A DNA stretch of 45,399 nucleotides from an uncultured delta proteobacterium (GCA_963789395.1 CAWBKP010000023.1:1-45399); one strand, 5' to 3'. Positions 9,087-19,142 are shown, counted from the stretch's first letter. The notes: a model not told the origin generated them from the letters alone. Translations and numbers: made by a program.

Positions 9087-9245
9087 ATGGACAGCATCCC
9101 GTTTCAGTTGCAAGCAGATTTTGAGACGCTTTTAAGAAACAGGCCGGATCCAATCACCTTGCATCTGGTCTATAGAAAATGACTGCGCTTATATCTGGAA
9201 TTTGCCAAAAATTATGTTTTTCAGAAACTGAACGAAAATGGCTGA
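9087..9245 (+). pseudogene. intI: 5' remnant of an integron integrase
   Basis: Translates MDSIPFQLQADFETLLRNRPDPITLHLVYRK*LRLYLEF, resembling from recall the N-terminal extension (YxKWLRYYLDFC) of deltaproteobacterial IntI, with TGA at the Trp. Divergent from the attI-like site; catalytic domain absent. Confidence 0.6.
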
Positions 9246-9420
9246 ATTCGATTGACACAAAGGGGTAACGGTATGGTTCGTCATTTTTTGTGGAAATCGA
9301 ACTCCATGCCGCCAAGGTCCGCGACGACCCTTGTGCTTAAACCATAGCTGTTGTGATATGGGGGATGACGCGTTCTTTTTGTCGGTGGCTTGCAGAGTGA
9401 GAGGCGGGACAAACAATGAT

Positions 9421-9453
9421 CAACCGGCTGCCCAATAAAAGCTCAGCCGGTTG
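9421..9453 (-). terminator. Hairpin after etfA, probable terminator
   Basis: CAACCGGCTG...CAGCCGGTTG 10-bp inverted repeat. Confidence 0.5.
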
Positions 9454-9488
9454 GTTTACGATGGTGCAGGATTTAAGACTTCAGAAGA

Positions 9489-10460
9489 CTATTTCATCTC
9501 TTTGATTTTTTCGGTCAGCTCGGGCACAAACTCGAGAAGATCGGTGACAATGCCGATGTCGGCAACCTGAAAAATGGGGGCTTTGGCATTCTTGTTGATC
9601 GCCACCATAAAGGGATTCCCCTTGATGCCGCCCATATGCTGGAAGGAACCGCTGATCCCGAGCGCCAGATAAACCTTGGGTTTGACGGTCTTACCGGATG
9701 TTCCCACCTGCCGGGATTTTTCCAGCCATTTGGCGTCCACGATGGGTCTGGAGCAGGAAACCACCGCGCCCATGGCCTCGGCCAGTTCCTGGGCAATCCC
9801 GATGTTTTCCTGATCTTCGATGCCGCGGCCAACAGAAACCAGGACATCGGATTTGGTGATGTCCACATCTCCCACTTCGGCTGCCACAACTTCCAGAAAC
9901 CTGCGTTTGGCCTTGAAGTCGCCGGCCTGGCCGGATTTATCCACAACAGCGCCGGAAGCCTTGCTGTCATCCGAGAGAAAACACCCCGAACGCACATTGA
10001 TCACGGCGCCCGCGGAAATATCGCAAAGAACATGCGTGCTGACCTGGCCGCCGAATTCCTGGCGAATCGTTTTCAGATTGCCGCCGTCCAAGCCTTCGAT
10101 AGCCACGACATCCGGAACAAAGGCGGCATTCAGTTTGATGGACAGCCCCGGGGAAAGATCCATGCCGAAAGTATCATGCGGAACCAGGGTGATGGCGCCT
10201 GCGGGCAGGATATTGACCAGAGCCCCGCGCAGAATTTCCGCATTGGGATAGGCCAGGGCCGGATTGGCGACTTTCCACACCTCGGGATACACACCGGCCA
10301 TTGCCGTGCAGACAGCATCCAGTTCCGCTCCCGCTCCGCAGACGATGGCGGTGACGGCGGCGGCCGGATCAATTTTTTTGGCCGCCACGATCAGCTCGAA
10401 GGCGGAGTCGTCGGCAGTTCCATTTTTATGTGATATATAGGCAAAAATTTGTTGCGCCAT
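9489..10460 (-). CDS. etfA: Electron transfer flavoprotein alpha subunit
   Basis: SRPIVD..W....QVGTSGKTVKPKVYLALGISGSFQHMGG..AINKN..APIF. Confidence 0.95.
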   Translation of the reverse strand: MAQQIFAYISHKNGTADDSAFELIVAAKKIDPAAAVTAIVCGAGAELDAVCTAMAGVYPEVWKVANPALAYPNAEILRGALVNILPAGAITLVPHDTFGMDLSPGLSIKLNAAFVPDVVAIEGLDGGNLKTIRQEFGGQVSTHVLCDISAGAVINVRSGCFLSDDSKASGAVVDKSGQAGDFKAKRRFLEVVAAEVGDVDITKSDVLVSVGRGIEDQENIGIAQELAEAMGAVVSCSRPIVDAKWLEKSRQVGTSGKTVKPKVYLALGISGSFQHMGGIKGNPFMVAINKNAKAPIFQVADIGIVTDLLEFVPELTEKIKEMK

Positions 10461-11250
10461 TATTTGATCCCTCCTTTGGCTTTTAAGAGTTCAATGAGTT
10501 TTTCCGCGATCTCTTCGGTGCTGCCTTCCAGCATTTCAGCGCCTTTGCCCAATGGGGGCACAAAATAATCCACTCTTTTGACCTTTGCACCGGCCGCGCC
10601 GACCGTACCCGCTGCGATTCCCAGATCCGCCGAGCCATGAACCGGGATCTCAACAGAGGCCACTTTCCGGATCCCCCGAATCCCGACATAGCGGGGTTCA
10701 TTGATGCCGGTCTGAATGGACAGCACGCAGGGCAGATCGATCTCGTTCATTTCCTGGTTGCCGCCCTCGATTTCACGGCCGACCTTGATGACCTTGTCGC
10801 TGAGATTTCGATGTTGTTGACCAGAGAGGCATACGGCATATCCAGCATGGCAGCCAGCATGCCGCCGACCTGCGCAGCGCCGTCATCCGCCTGGGCGCCG
10901 GTCAATATCAGGTCATATTTGCCTTTTGCGATCTCCGCCTGCAAAATGGTGGCAATGCCCTTGCCGTCGGAGCCTTTAAATGCATCGTCGGACAGCAGCA
11001 CGCCCTTGTCCGCGCCCATCGCCATTTCACGCCGCAGAATCTCTTCTGCGTCCGCATCCCCGACCGTTACCACGGTGACGTTGCCGCCGACATTGTCCCG
11101 GATCTGAATGGCTTCTTCAACGGCGTAGTTATCCCATTCATTGACCGAGTACACCAGATCGTCCCTTTCAATGTCCGTACCCTTGCTGTTGACAACGATT
11201 TCATTTTCAGCAGTATCTGGTACTCTCTTCACACATACCAAAATTTCCAT
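10460..11250 (-). CDS. etfB: Electron transfer flavoprotein beta subunit (frameshift near 10800)
   Basis: MEILVCVKRVPDT..NEWDNYAVEEA..AMGAD in one frame and LPCVLSIQTGINEPRY in the next. Confidence 0.92.
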
Positions 11251-11302
11251 GCTTTTCCTCCACGCTTAGTGTTAATTCATTTTTGATAATATCGATTACA
11301 GG

Positions 11303-13375
11303 TTATGCTGTTTCCAGATGCCGCTCGACCAGTTCGCACAGATCAATGGCTTCCATTTTTCCTTCCAGCCCGGCCACCTTGATGGCATCTTCCATATTCA
11401 CCAGGCAGAACGGACAGGCGGTCACGATAACGTTTGCCCCGGCACTGGCGGCCATCTGAACCCGCACAACGCCCATCCGCTGTTCTTCTTCCGGCTCATA
11501 GAAGAGCATCAGTCCGCCGCCGCCGCAACAGAACGAGCGATCCCGGCTTTTGAGCATATCCACGCGCTTTAAACCCGGAATGGCGTCCAGGGCCTGGCGG
11601 GGGTCTTCATAAATGCCGTTATGCCTGCCCAGGTAGCAGGGATCATGGTAGGCATAGACTTTTGTGTCATCCTCTACGGGCTTGAGACGGATCTTGCCGT
11701 CCTTGATGCTGCGGGTCAGGGTCTGGCTGATATGCTCAACCGGCGGCAGTCCCGTGTATTCGTTTTTCAGGGTATTGAAGGCATGGGGATCGGCGGTAAT
11801 GATTTTTGTGGCCCCGGTCCCCAGAATGGCTTCGGTGTTCTGGGCTTTGATGTCCTGAAACAGCATTTCCTCGCCGAAACGCCGGATCTCATTGCCGCTG
11901 TCTTTCTCGTCTTTGCCAAGTATCCCGAAATCCTCCCCGCAAGCGCTCAGCAGGCAGGCGGTGGAACGTGCGATATTCTGCATGCGGTCATCGTAAGAGG
12001 TAATGCTGTCCACAAAATACAGGGTCTGGGCTTCATCACCGTTTTCAAAAAGTTTGACATCACAGGTTTCCGGCAGGGTTTTTGTCCACTCGGCCCGTTT
12101 TTTCTCCATCTTGCCCCAGGGATTTCCGCGTTTTTCAAGGGCCTTGAGGGGTTTTTGAAGCGACTGCGGCACCAGTCCTTCATCCACCATGCCCCGCCGC
12201 AGGTCCACGATTTTGTCGATGTATTCGATAAAAAGCGGACATTCGTCCTCGCAGGCGCCGCAGGTGGTGCAGGACCAGATTTCATCCTCGCTCAGGATCG
12301 TGCCGATCAGCGGTTCATCCCTGGGCGTCATTTCCCCGCGGATGGGATAGTTCTTGAAGGCATAATCCCGGCATTTGATCGATATAAAGCGCGGGGAAAG
12401 CGGGCGTTTTACGGCATTTGCCGGACACTGGTCCGAGCACCTGCCGCAATCCGCGCAGGAATAAAAATCCAGCATGTGCTTCCAGGTGAAGTCCTCGTAT
12501 TTCTTGACGCCAAAGGATTTCAGCTCGTCCAGCTTGTTGTCTGCCACGCCCCATTGAACCGGCTTGATCGCCCCTTTTTTCAGCTTCATGAAAAACACGT
12601 TGGGAATCGAGGTGATGACATGAAAATGCTTTCCCATGGGCAGGAAACACAGAAAGAAAAAGAAAATCAGATTATGCAGAAAATATGCCCCGAGATGCAG
12701 ATTCTGCAGGGTTGACATGCTTGCACCGCCCAGGATGCCGGCTGCCATCCACGCCCCCATTCCCGGCAGCAGGAATTCGGCATGCAGGCCTTTTTGCATC
12801 TGGGCAGCCGCCTGCGTGCCTTCAAAAATCATATCGCAGGTCACCAGCGCCGTGATCAGCATCAGCACGAATACGGCCTCCGACGTATGATCCTTGCCGT
12901 ATTTCTTGGGAACAGCATAACGATCCGGCCGGAAGATGCCCCTGCGAACCATGGCCACCAAGCAGGCTACAAACACGGCTGTGGCTGCGATGTCCTTCAA
13001 TATATTGTAGAACTGTCCGGCCGCTCCGCCCAGACCGGGCAGCACGAATCCGGCTTTGAATCCCAGAATCACCAGGGTGATGGAGCGAAGCGACAGGATC
13101 ATGAATCCTGCAAACAGGACAATGTGAAGGACCCCTGCCATCATATACCGGGGCTGGCGATACTGGGCAATGGCGAACTTGAACATGCCGGCCAGCCTGT
13201 CCTTGATATGATCCGTTCGGGGATCGGGTTTGGCGCGGACCAGGGGCGCCGCCCGCTTGGCAATGATATAGGTAAAGCAGGCCACCCCGACGATCAAAAT
13301 GACGATTGAAAAAAACATCGTGGGAACAAATCCGAGCACCCAAGCCTTAGCCGGAGAGATTAAAGCGGTTTCCAT
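11303..13375 (-). CDS. Membrane Fe-S oxidoreductase (FadF/DUF224-type ETF:menaquinone oxidoreductase)
   Basis: N-terminal TM domain with His residues, CADCGRCSDQCP, CTTCGACEDECP, YHDPCYLGRHNG, CCGGGG, TACPFC; adjacent to etfBA. Confidence 0.9.
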   Translation of the reverse strand: METALISPAKAWVLGFVPTMFFSIVILIVGVACFTYIIAKRAAPLVRAKPDPRTDHIKDRLAGMFKFAIAQYRQPRYMMAGVLHIVLFAGFMILSLRSITLVILGFKAGFVLPGLGGAAGQFYNILKDIAATAVFVACLVAMVRRGIFRPDRYAVPKKYGKDHTSEAVFVLMLITALVTCDMIFEGTQAAAQMQKGLHAEFLLPGMGAWMAAGILGGASMSTLQNLHLGAYFLHNLIFFFFLCFLPMGKHFHVITSIPNVFFMKLKKGAIKPVQWGVADNKLDELKSFGVKKYEDFTWKHMLDFYSCADCGRCSDQCPANAVKRPLSPRFISIKCRDYAFKNYPIRGEMTPRDEPLIGTILSEDEIWSCTTCGACEDECPLFIEYIDKIVDLRRGMVDEGLVPQSLQKPLKALEKRGNPWGKMEKKRAEWTKTLPETCDVKLFENGDEAQTLYFVDSITSYDDRMQNIARSTACLLSACGEDFGILGKDEKDSGNEIRRFGEEMLFQDIKAQNTEAILGTGATKIITADPHAFNTLKNEYTGLPPVEHISQTLTRSIKDGKIRLKPVEDDTKVYAYHDPCYLGRHNGIYEDPRQALDAIPGLKRVDMLKSRDRSFCCGGGGLMLFYEPEEEQRMGVVRVQMAASAGANVIVTACPFCLVNMEDAIKVAGLEGKMEAIDLCELVERHLETA

Positions 13376-13459
13376 TTTTTTACTTTCTTTCTCCCTTCAA
13401 TTGTATTAATTGTTTTTGACGTTATGAAAAATTCTTAACGGCTTTTTTTATCAAAATAA

Positions 13460-13477
13460 TGAATGAGTATTCATTCA
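13460..13477. promoter_or_regulatory. FadR (TetR)-type operator between the ETF oxidoreductase gene and fadD
   Basis: TGAATGAGTATTCATTCA palindrome, matching the B. subtilis FadR/YsiA box TGAATGANTANTCATTCA. Confidence 0.8.
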
Positions 13478-13518
13478 ATTAATCAAGAAATCCACTTTCG
13501 TCAAGTAAAATTTATCGT

Positions 13519-13538
13519 TTCTGAACGTTCGTTCAGAA
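13519..13538. promoter_or_regulatory. Second palindromic operator-like site
   Basis: TTCTGAACG-TT-CGTTCAGAA. Confidence 0.5.
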
Positions 13539-13576
13539 TCAATATCTGATAATGGCGAGTATTTCAATGATTAATT

Positions 13577-13630
13577 GATGACTTTGCAAAAAGCTCATCT
13601 GCTTCACAGCGCTTCATCCGGCGGTTTTTA
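13577..13630 (+). repeat. Degenerate MITE-like repeat fragment
   Basis: GATGACTTTGCAAAAAGCTCATCTGCT..GCGCTTCATCC resembles the left end of the element at 27720. Confidence 0.45.
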
Positions 13631-13725
13631 ATAACATCTTAGAATTCATGAAGTATTTTGAATTCACCTTTATTTAATCAGCCACAACATTTTGTGGTAA
13701 CCAGTTGCAGGAAAAGGAGGCATTT

Positions 13726-15416
13726 ATGACAGAATCGGTCAGCTATCAAGACAAACCGTGGTTGAAGCATTATGAAAACGGGATACCTGAAACCATTCAA
13801 TTTGAAGAAACCTGCATCCCCGCATTTCTGGACCGCTCCGCCAAAGAATTCCCCGAACACACGGCGCTTCTTTTTCAGGGATTCAAGGTTACTTACCGCC
13901 AGCTCAATGACATGGTGAACCGTTTCAGCGCATGCCTTTCCGGTTTCGGCATCAAAAAGGCGACAGTGTCGCCATCCTGCTCCCGAATGTCATTCCCTGT
14001 GTGGTGGGATATTATGCTATCTTGAAAATCGGCGCTATTGCCGTCATGAACAACCCGCTGTATTCGGACCGGGAACTGCTGCACCAGTTCAATGATTCCG
14101 GATCAAAACTCCTGATTACCCTGGACCTTCTTGGCAACCGGATGATTGACCTCAGGCCCAAAACCGGCATCCAGCACATTGTTTACACTTCCATCGGCGA
14201 TTACCTGCCTTTTCCGAAAAACCTACTCTTCCCTCTGGTGGCTAAAAAGAAAAAACTGGCCGCAGATGTCAAATCCGCTCCGAATGTGCATAAATGGAAA
14301 GACGTCATTACATCGGCAAAACCGGAATTTTCCGGACCGGACCTTTCCTTTGACGATGTTGCCATGTACCAGTACACGGGCGGAACCACCGGTGTTTCAA
14401 AGGGGGTCATCCTGACTCACGGCAATCTCAGTCGCCAGGTTCAGCAACTGGAGGCATGGTTTCCCGGTTTTAACAAGGGCCAGGAAATGATGCTGGGCGC
14501 GCTTCCTTTTTTTCACGTTTTCGGTCTGTCGGTGGCCATGAATTTTGCCATCTACATGGGCTGGGGGGATATTCTGGTTCCCAAGCCCCAGCCCGAACCC
14601 CTGCTTGAGACCATCGGAAAATTCAAACCCACGTTTGCGCCCCTGGTTCCCACCATGTATATCGGCATGTTGAACCACCCGCTGATCCAGAAAACCGACA
14701 TGACGTCCATCAAGGGATGTTTTTCCGGGAGTGCCCCCCTGCCGGTTGAAGTCATCCGGGATTTTGAGAAAAAAACCGGGGCCGTGATCGTCGAAGGCTT
14801 CGGCATGACCGAATCCACGCCGGTCACCCACGTCAACCCCTTTGCCGGCGGAAAACGCAAGGTAGGAAGCATCGGCATCCCCATTCCCTGCACAGAAGCC
14901 AGGATAGTCGATCTGGCTTCCGGCACCATCGATATGCCGGTTGGGGAAACCGGGGAGTTGATTGTTCGCGGACCCCAGGTCATGAGAGGCTATCTGAACA
15001 AGCCCGATGAAACCGCCCAGACCGTTACCGATGGCTGGCTGCACACCGGAGATATCGCCATGATGGATACGGACGGGTATTTCTTCATCGTGGACCGGAA
15101 AAAAGACATGATCCTCTGCGGGGGCTACAACGTGTATCCCCGGGATATCGAAGAAGTGCTTTTCAGCCATCCCAAGGTTCAGGAGGCTACCGCCATCGGC
15201 GTTCCCCATCCCACGCGGGGAGAAAGCGTCAAGGTCTTTGTCGTACTGAAAAGCGGACAGACCGCAACTGAAAATGAACTGATCGAATTCTGCAAGGGGA
15301 ACCTGGCAACATACAAGCTGCCGTCCAGCATAGAATTCCGGACAGAGCTGCCCAAGACCAACGTCGGCAAGGTACTGAAGAAGGATCTGCGGGCGGAAAC
15401 GTTGAAAAAGGTGTAA
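13726..15416 (+). CDS. fadD: Long-chain fatty acid-CoA ligase (frameshift near 13955)
   Basis: YQYTGGTTGVSKG, EGFGMTE, GWLHTGD, DRKKDMI, ELPKTNVGK; AAGGAGG SD before ATG 13726. Confidence 0.92.
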
Positions 15417-15428
15417 TGGCACCAGAAA

Positions 15429-15458
15429 ACAGGGGCGATTCTCTCAAATCGCCCCTGT
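15429..15458 (+). terminator. Hairpin between convergent fadD and acyl-CoA dehydrogenase
   Basis: ACAGGGGCGATT...AATCGCCCCTGT inverted repeat. Confidence 0.6.
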
Positions 15459-15524
15459 GCCCGAGGATGCTTACCTTGTAATCCGTCGCCTGTTATCCGG
15501 CAGACCGTCCTCCGTCTGACTTCA

Positions 15525-17378
15525 CTACCCCCCAAAAGAGACTTCGGGAATTTCCACCGCAGCCCCGGAGGCGTTCATGATGGCCTTCATCTTTCCATAA
15601 GTCACAGGCAGAACAGACTGAATAAAGTATTCGGCGCTTCTGACCTGGCCTTCATAAAACGCCGCATTCTTGTTCTTTTCAGCCGCAGTCCTGCGGGCTT
15701 CGGGATCAAAGCCGCCTGCAAGCTTTTCCAGAAGCGGCGCAGCAACCGATGCCCGCCACAGCAGCATCCATGCCATCACCACATCGCCTGCAACCTCAAG
15801 GAAAGGATGCGCATGGGCAAAGGCGATCATGACCTGGGGAGACATGGCTGTTGCGCCAAGATGCATGGCAACCTCGCCAAGCTTGTTGACCGCAGCCTCC
15901 AGTTTTGCGGCATACGCTTCGATGCCGGCAATTCCTTTTGCCACGGCAATGGTTTTCTGTATTTCACCGAAAAGATCCATGACCGGTTTTCCTTTTTTCA
16001 TCCCCAGTTTTCTGCCCAGCAAATCCATGGCCTGAATGCCGTTGGTTCCCTCATAGATCATGGTGATGCGGCAGTCCCGCAGAAGCTGTTCCATCGGGTA
16101 TTCCTTGATATAGCCGTATCCGCCGTACACCTGAACGCCGTGGCTGCAGACTTCAAAGGCTTTGTCCGTGATATACCCTTTGGCAATCGGAGTCAGGATC
16201 TCGATCAGGCCCTGATATTTTGCCTTTTCGTTTTCATCTTCCGTGGTGGCGATTCTGTCCGAACAATACCCCACATAATACAGGATGCTTCGCATGCCCT
16301 CCACATAGGATTTCATGATCATGAGCTGGCGCCGGACATCCGGATGCTGAATGATCGGCACCGAAGGGGCGGCTTCATTCATGGACTGAAGCAGATTCTT
16401 GCCCTGTTTTCTCTCCCTGGCATAGTTCAATGCGTTCATGTAGGCTGAAGAGGCGCAGGAGAATCCCTGAAGTCCCACAAGGAGACGGGCTTCGTTCATC
16501 ATCAGGAACATGGCCTTCATTCCCTTGTTCTCTTCGCCAAGAAGCGTTCCCCGGCATTTCCCCTTTCCGCCAAGCGTCAGGGAGCAGGTGGAATTGCCGT
16601 GAATCCCCATTTTTTCTTCAATGCCCGTGCAGACCACGTCATTGAATTCTCCCAGGCTGCCATCGTCATTGACCCAGATTTTAGGCACCAGAAACAGCGA
16701 TATGCCTTTGGTGCCTGCCGGCGCGCCCACAATCCGGGCCAGAACCGGGTGAATGATGTTCTCCGCCAGGTCGTGTTCGCCGCCGGATATAAAAATCTTG
16801 GCGCCGGTAATGGCGTAGGTGCCGTCATCGTTTTTGACAGCAGTCGTTGTCAGCGCTCCGACATCGGAGCCGGCCTCGGGCTCGGTCAGAAGCATGGTTC
16901 CGGCCCATTCGCCGGTATACATTTTTTTCAGAAACAGTTTTTTCTGTTTTTCGGTCCCGAATTCCTCTACCAGCTTGCCGGCACCGTGGGTCAGACCGGG
17001 ATACATCATAAAGGCGAAATTTCCGCCGACCAGATAATCACCGGCTGCCAGAGAGACGGTTCTGGGCATTCCCTGCCCTCCCCACTCCGGATCTTCCGGC
17101 ATCGCCACCCATTCGCCTTCCTTGATCAGATCATAGACCCGATGAAAGGCTTCCGGTACGCTAACCACACCGTTTTCCAGCTTGCAGCCTTCTTCATCTC
17201 CGATCTTCTGGGTGGGAAGCACTTCCTTGATAGCCAGGTTTCTGGCTTCGGAAATGATCATATCCACCGTTTTTTTGTTAAAGTCGGCAAATTTTTCATG
17301 TTTGCTGAGTTCTTCCACATGAAGCTGTTCATGCAGAACAAAATCCACATCTCTTCGGTCTGCGATAGGCTGTGCCAT
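15525..17378 (-). CDS. Acyl-CoA dehydrogenase (about 600-aa type)
   Basis: TMLLTEPEAGSDVG, GAKIFISGGEHD, EEKMGIHG, QVYGGYGY, IYEGTNGIQAMDL. Confidence 0.95.
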   Translation of the reverse strand: MAQPIADRRDVDFVLHEQLHVEELSKHEKFADFNKKTVDMIISEARNLAIKEVLPTQKIGDEEGCKLENGVVSVPEAFHRVYDLIKEGEWVAMPEDPEWGGQGMPRTVSLAAGDYLVGGNFAFMMYPGLTHGAGKLVEEFGTEKQKKLFLKKMYTGEWAGTMLLTEPEAGSDVGALTTTAVKNDDGTYAITGAKIFISGGEHDLAENIIHPVLARIVGAPAGTKGISLFLVPKIWVNDDGSLGEFNDVVCTGIEEKMGIHGNSTCSLTLGGKGKCRGTLLGEENKGMKAMFLMMNEARLLVGLQGFSCASSAYMNALNYARERKQGKNLLQSMNEAAPSVPIIQHPDVRRQLMIMKSYVEGMRSILYYVGYCSDRIATTEDENEKAKYQGLIEILTPIAKGYITDKAFEVCSHGVQVYGGYGYIKEYPMEQLLRDCRITMIYEGTNGIQAMDLLGRKLGMKKGKPVMDLFGEIQKTIAVAKGIAGIEAYAAKLEAAVNKLGEVAMHLGATAMSPQVMIAFAHAHPFLEVAGDVVMAWMLLWRASVAAPLLEKLAGGFDPEARRTAAEKNKNAAFYEGQVRSAEYFIQSVLPVTYGKMKAIMNASGAAVEIPEVSFGG

Positions 17379-17470
17379 AGATTATTTCTCCTTATGGGGG
17401 TTATAAAATTATAAAATGGTAAAAAAATCTTCGATCGTATTTTTCTGAACGGAAATGGCAAATCTGCCGG

Positions 17471-18067
17471 CTATTTCGGATTGCCGATGCCTCTTACAAA
17501 TAAATCGATCAGCGGGTCCGCCATGGATACCAGATCGTATTTGCCGCCGGAATGCAGCCAGTTATTGATGGTTTCATCCACGGCTCCCACGATAAAACGT
17601 TTGACCAGACTCAGATACAGATCTTTTCGCATGCTGCCGTCCGCCTGCCCCTGCTCCACGATCTCGGATACGATATCCAGATACATCTTGGACATTTCAC
17701 GAATCTGGGGTTCCGCGGCCCGGCTGTTCTGATGCGTTTCAGCCTGATAGACGATGGCCATATTCTTGTCGCGCTGAAATTCATCCAGATGTCTGCGAAT
17801 TAAATTCCGAAGCTTTTCAACCGCATTATCCGCCTGTGCCACTTCTTCTCGAAACAGATCAAATACCTGTTTGGCTTTGAAGGAAAAAAACTGAACCAGG
17901 ATATCATCCTTGTTTTTGAAATAGAGATAGATCGTGCCATCGGCCACCCCTGCTTCCCTGGCAATCTGGGATATGGTGGACTGATAAAATCCCTGCTCGG
18001 CAAACACCGCGACAGCTGCTTCGAGGATGCGGTGATATTTGTCATTGTTTTTGTCTCGGGTACTGAT
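17471..18067 (-). CDS. fadR: TetR-family regulator, FadR/YsiA-like; probable ATC start
   Basis: DKYHRILEAAVAVFAEQGFYQSTISQIAREAGVADGTIYLYFKNKDDIL. The frame extends upstream of GTG 18007 to an AAGGAGG SD followed by ATC. Confidence 0.85.
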   Translation of the reverse strand: MSTRDKNNDKYHRILEAAVAVFAEQGFYQSTISQIAREAGVADGTIYLYFKNKDDILVQFFSFKAKQVFDLFREEVAQADNAVEKLRNLIRRHLDEFQRDKNMAIVYQAETHQNSRAAEPQIREMSKMYLDIVSEIVEQGQADGSMRKDLYLSLVKRFIVGAVDETINNWLHSGGKYDLVSMADPLIDLFVRGIGNPK

Positions 18068-18096
18068 AACTGCCTCCTTACGATACCGATAAGTTC

Positions 18097-18116
18097 ATGA
18101 ATGAATATTCATTCAT
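18097..18116. promoter_or_regulatory. FadR operator (autoregulatory)
   Basis: Perfect 20-bp palindrome ATGAATGAATATTCATTCAT just upstream of the TetR gene. Confidence 0.85.
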
Positions 18117-18175
18117 TTATCAAAACACATCTTCAATAGTCAAGTAAAAACATAAAAGCAACATAAAGACATCCA

Positions 18176-18207
18176 ACACATATGAATGAGCCATCATTCA
18201 TATGTGT
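18176..18207. promoter_or_regulatory. Third FadR-like operator within an extended palindrome
   Basis: ACACATATGAATGA-GCCA-TCATTCATATGTGT. Confidence 0.7.
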
Positions 18208-18224
18208 GTTTTCCGGGTTTTTAC

Positions 18225-18254
18225 TTGACACAATGACGGGTAGTTTCCTATAGT
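18225..18254 (+). promoter_or_regulatory. Putative sigma70 promoter for the ABM-NUDIX genes
   Basis: TTGACA-18 bp-TATAGT. Confidence 0.5.
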
Positions 18255-18336
18255 TGCACAAGAATGATCCATACGGTTCGGAACGTCTGGCTGTGCTTTC
18301 ATGTTCGCTCACACTATTTCACGAAAGGAGTGCCTC

Positions 18337-18624
18337 ATGACTGTCAAAATCATCATCAGGCGAATTGTTCCCGAGGGCAAGTCGAAGCTGTTGACGCCAC
18401 TATTAAGAAAACTCAGAGCGCTTGCCATGAATCATGATGGATATATCTACGGTGAAACCCTGCGATGCGTGAACGATCCAAAGGAATTTATGGTCATCAG
18501 CTCCTGGCAGTCGGAAAAGGACTGGGAGGCCTGGCTCCATCACTCTGAAAGAGCGGAGATTCAGGATAAGATCGATGCGCTGCTCGGCCATAAAACAGAA
18601 TATCGAGTCTATACGAATACCTGA
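18337..18624 (+). CDS. Antibiotic biosynthesis monooxygenase (ABM) domain protein
   Basis: GYIYGETL...VISSWQSEKDWEAW; AAGGAG SD before ATG 18337. Confidence 0.8.
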   Translation: MTVKIIIRRIVPEGKSKLLTPLLRKLRALAMNHDGYIYGETLRCVNDPKEFMVISSWQSEKDWEAWLHHSERAEIQDKIDALLGHKTEYRVYTNT

Positions 18625-19124
18625 TGCAGAAAAAACTGTTTTGTCCGTATTGCGGATTGCGACTGAGTGAAATATTTTATGAAAATCGGAACCGGCTGTT
18701 TTGCAGCCATTGCAATGATCCCATTTATGAAAATCCGATTCCTGCGGCCTGTCTGGTCGTAACAGATGATCAGGGGCGGATTCTGCTGGTTCAAAGAAGT
18801 GTCGACCCGCAAAAAGGGATGTGGTGTCTTCCCGGGGGCTTTATCGAACTGGGTGAGTCTCCGGAAAGCGCCGCGCTGAGAGAGCTTTACGAAGAAACCG
18901 GACTCACCGGCTCAATTCATAAACTTCTGGGCGTGACAACCAATCCCAGCCGGTTGTACGATTCGGTTCTGCTGGTGGGGTACTGGGTCACGGCATATTC
19001 CGGAAATCTTATTGCAGGCGATGATGCTTCCGATGCTGCGTATTTTTCTCCGGAAAGCCTGCCGGAGATTGCTTTTGAGAGCCATGTGAAGTTTATACGG
19101 GAGCTGACGACAGCTTCAATTTAA
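18624..19124 (+). CDS. NUDIX hydrolase with N-terminal zinc ribbon
   Basis: FCPYCG..FCSHC..YENP; Nudix box GGFIELGESPESAALRELYEETG. Confidence 0.9.
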   Translation: MQKKLFCPYCGLRLSEIFYENRNRLFCSHCNDPIYENPIPAACLVVTDDQGRILLVQRSVDPQKGMWCLPGGFIELGESPESAALRELYEETGLTGSIHKLLGVTTNPSRLYDSVLLVGYWVTAYSGNLIAGDDASDAAYFSPESLPEIAFESHVKFIRELTTASI

Positions 19125-19142
19125 TATGGGTTTTAAACAATC

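Noticed and set aside
9180..9182. In-frame TGA as possible selenocysteine
   Set aside because: It sits where Trp (TGG) is expected in the IntI-like motif, and the ORF collapses shortly after.
9189..9416. 75-aa minus-strand ORF next to the integron
   Set aside because: No SD or recognisable motif, and it overlaps the intI remnant.
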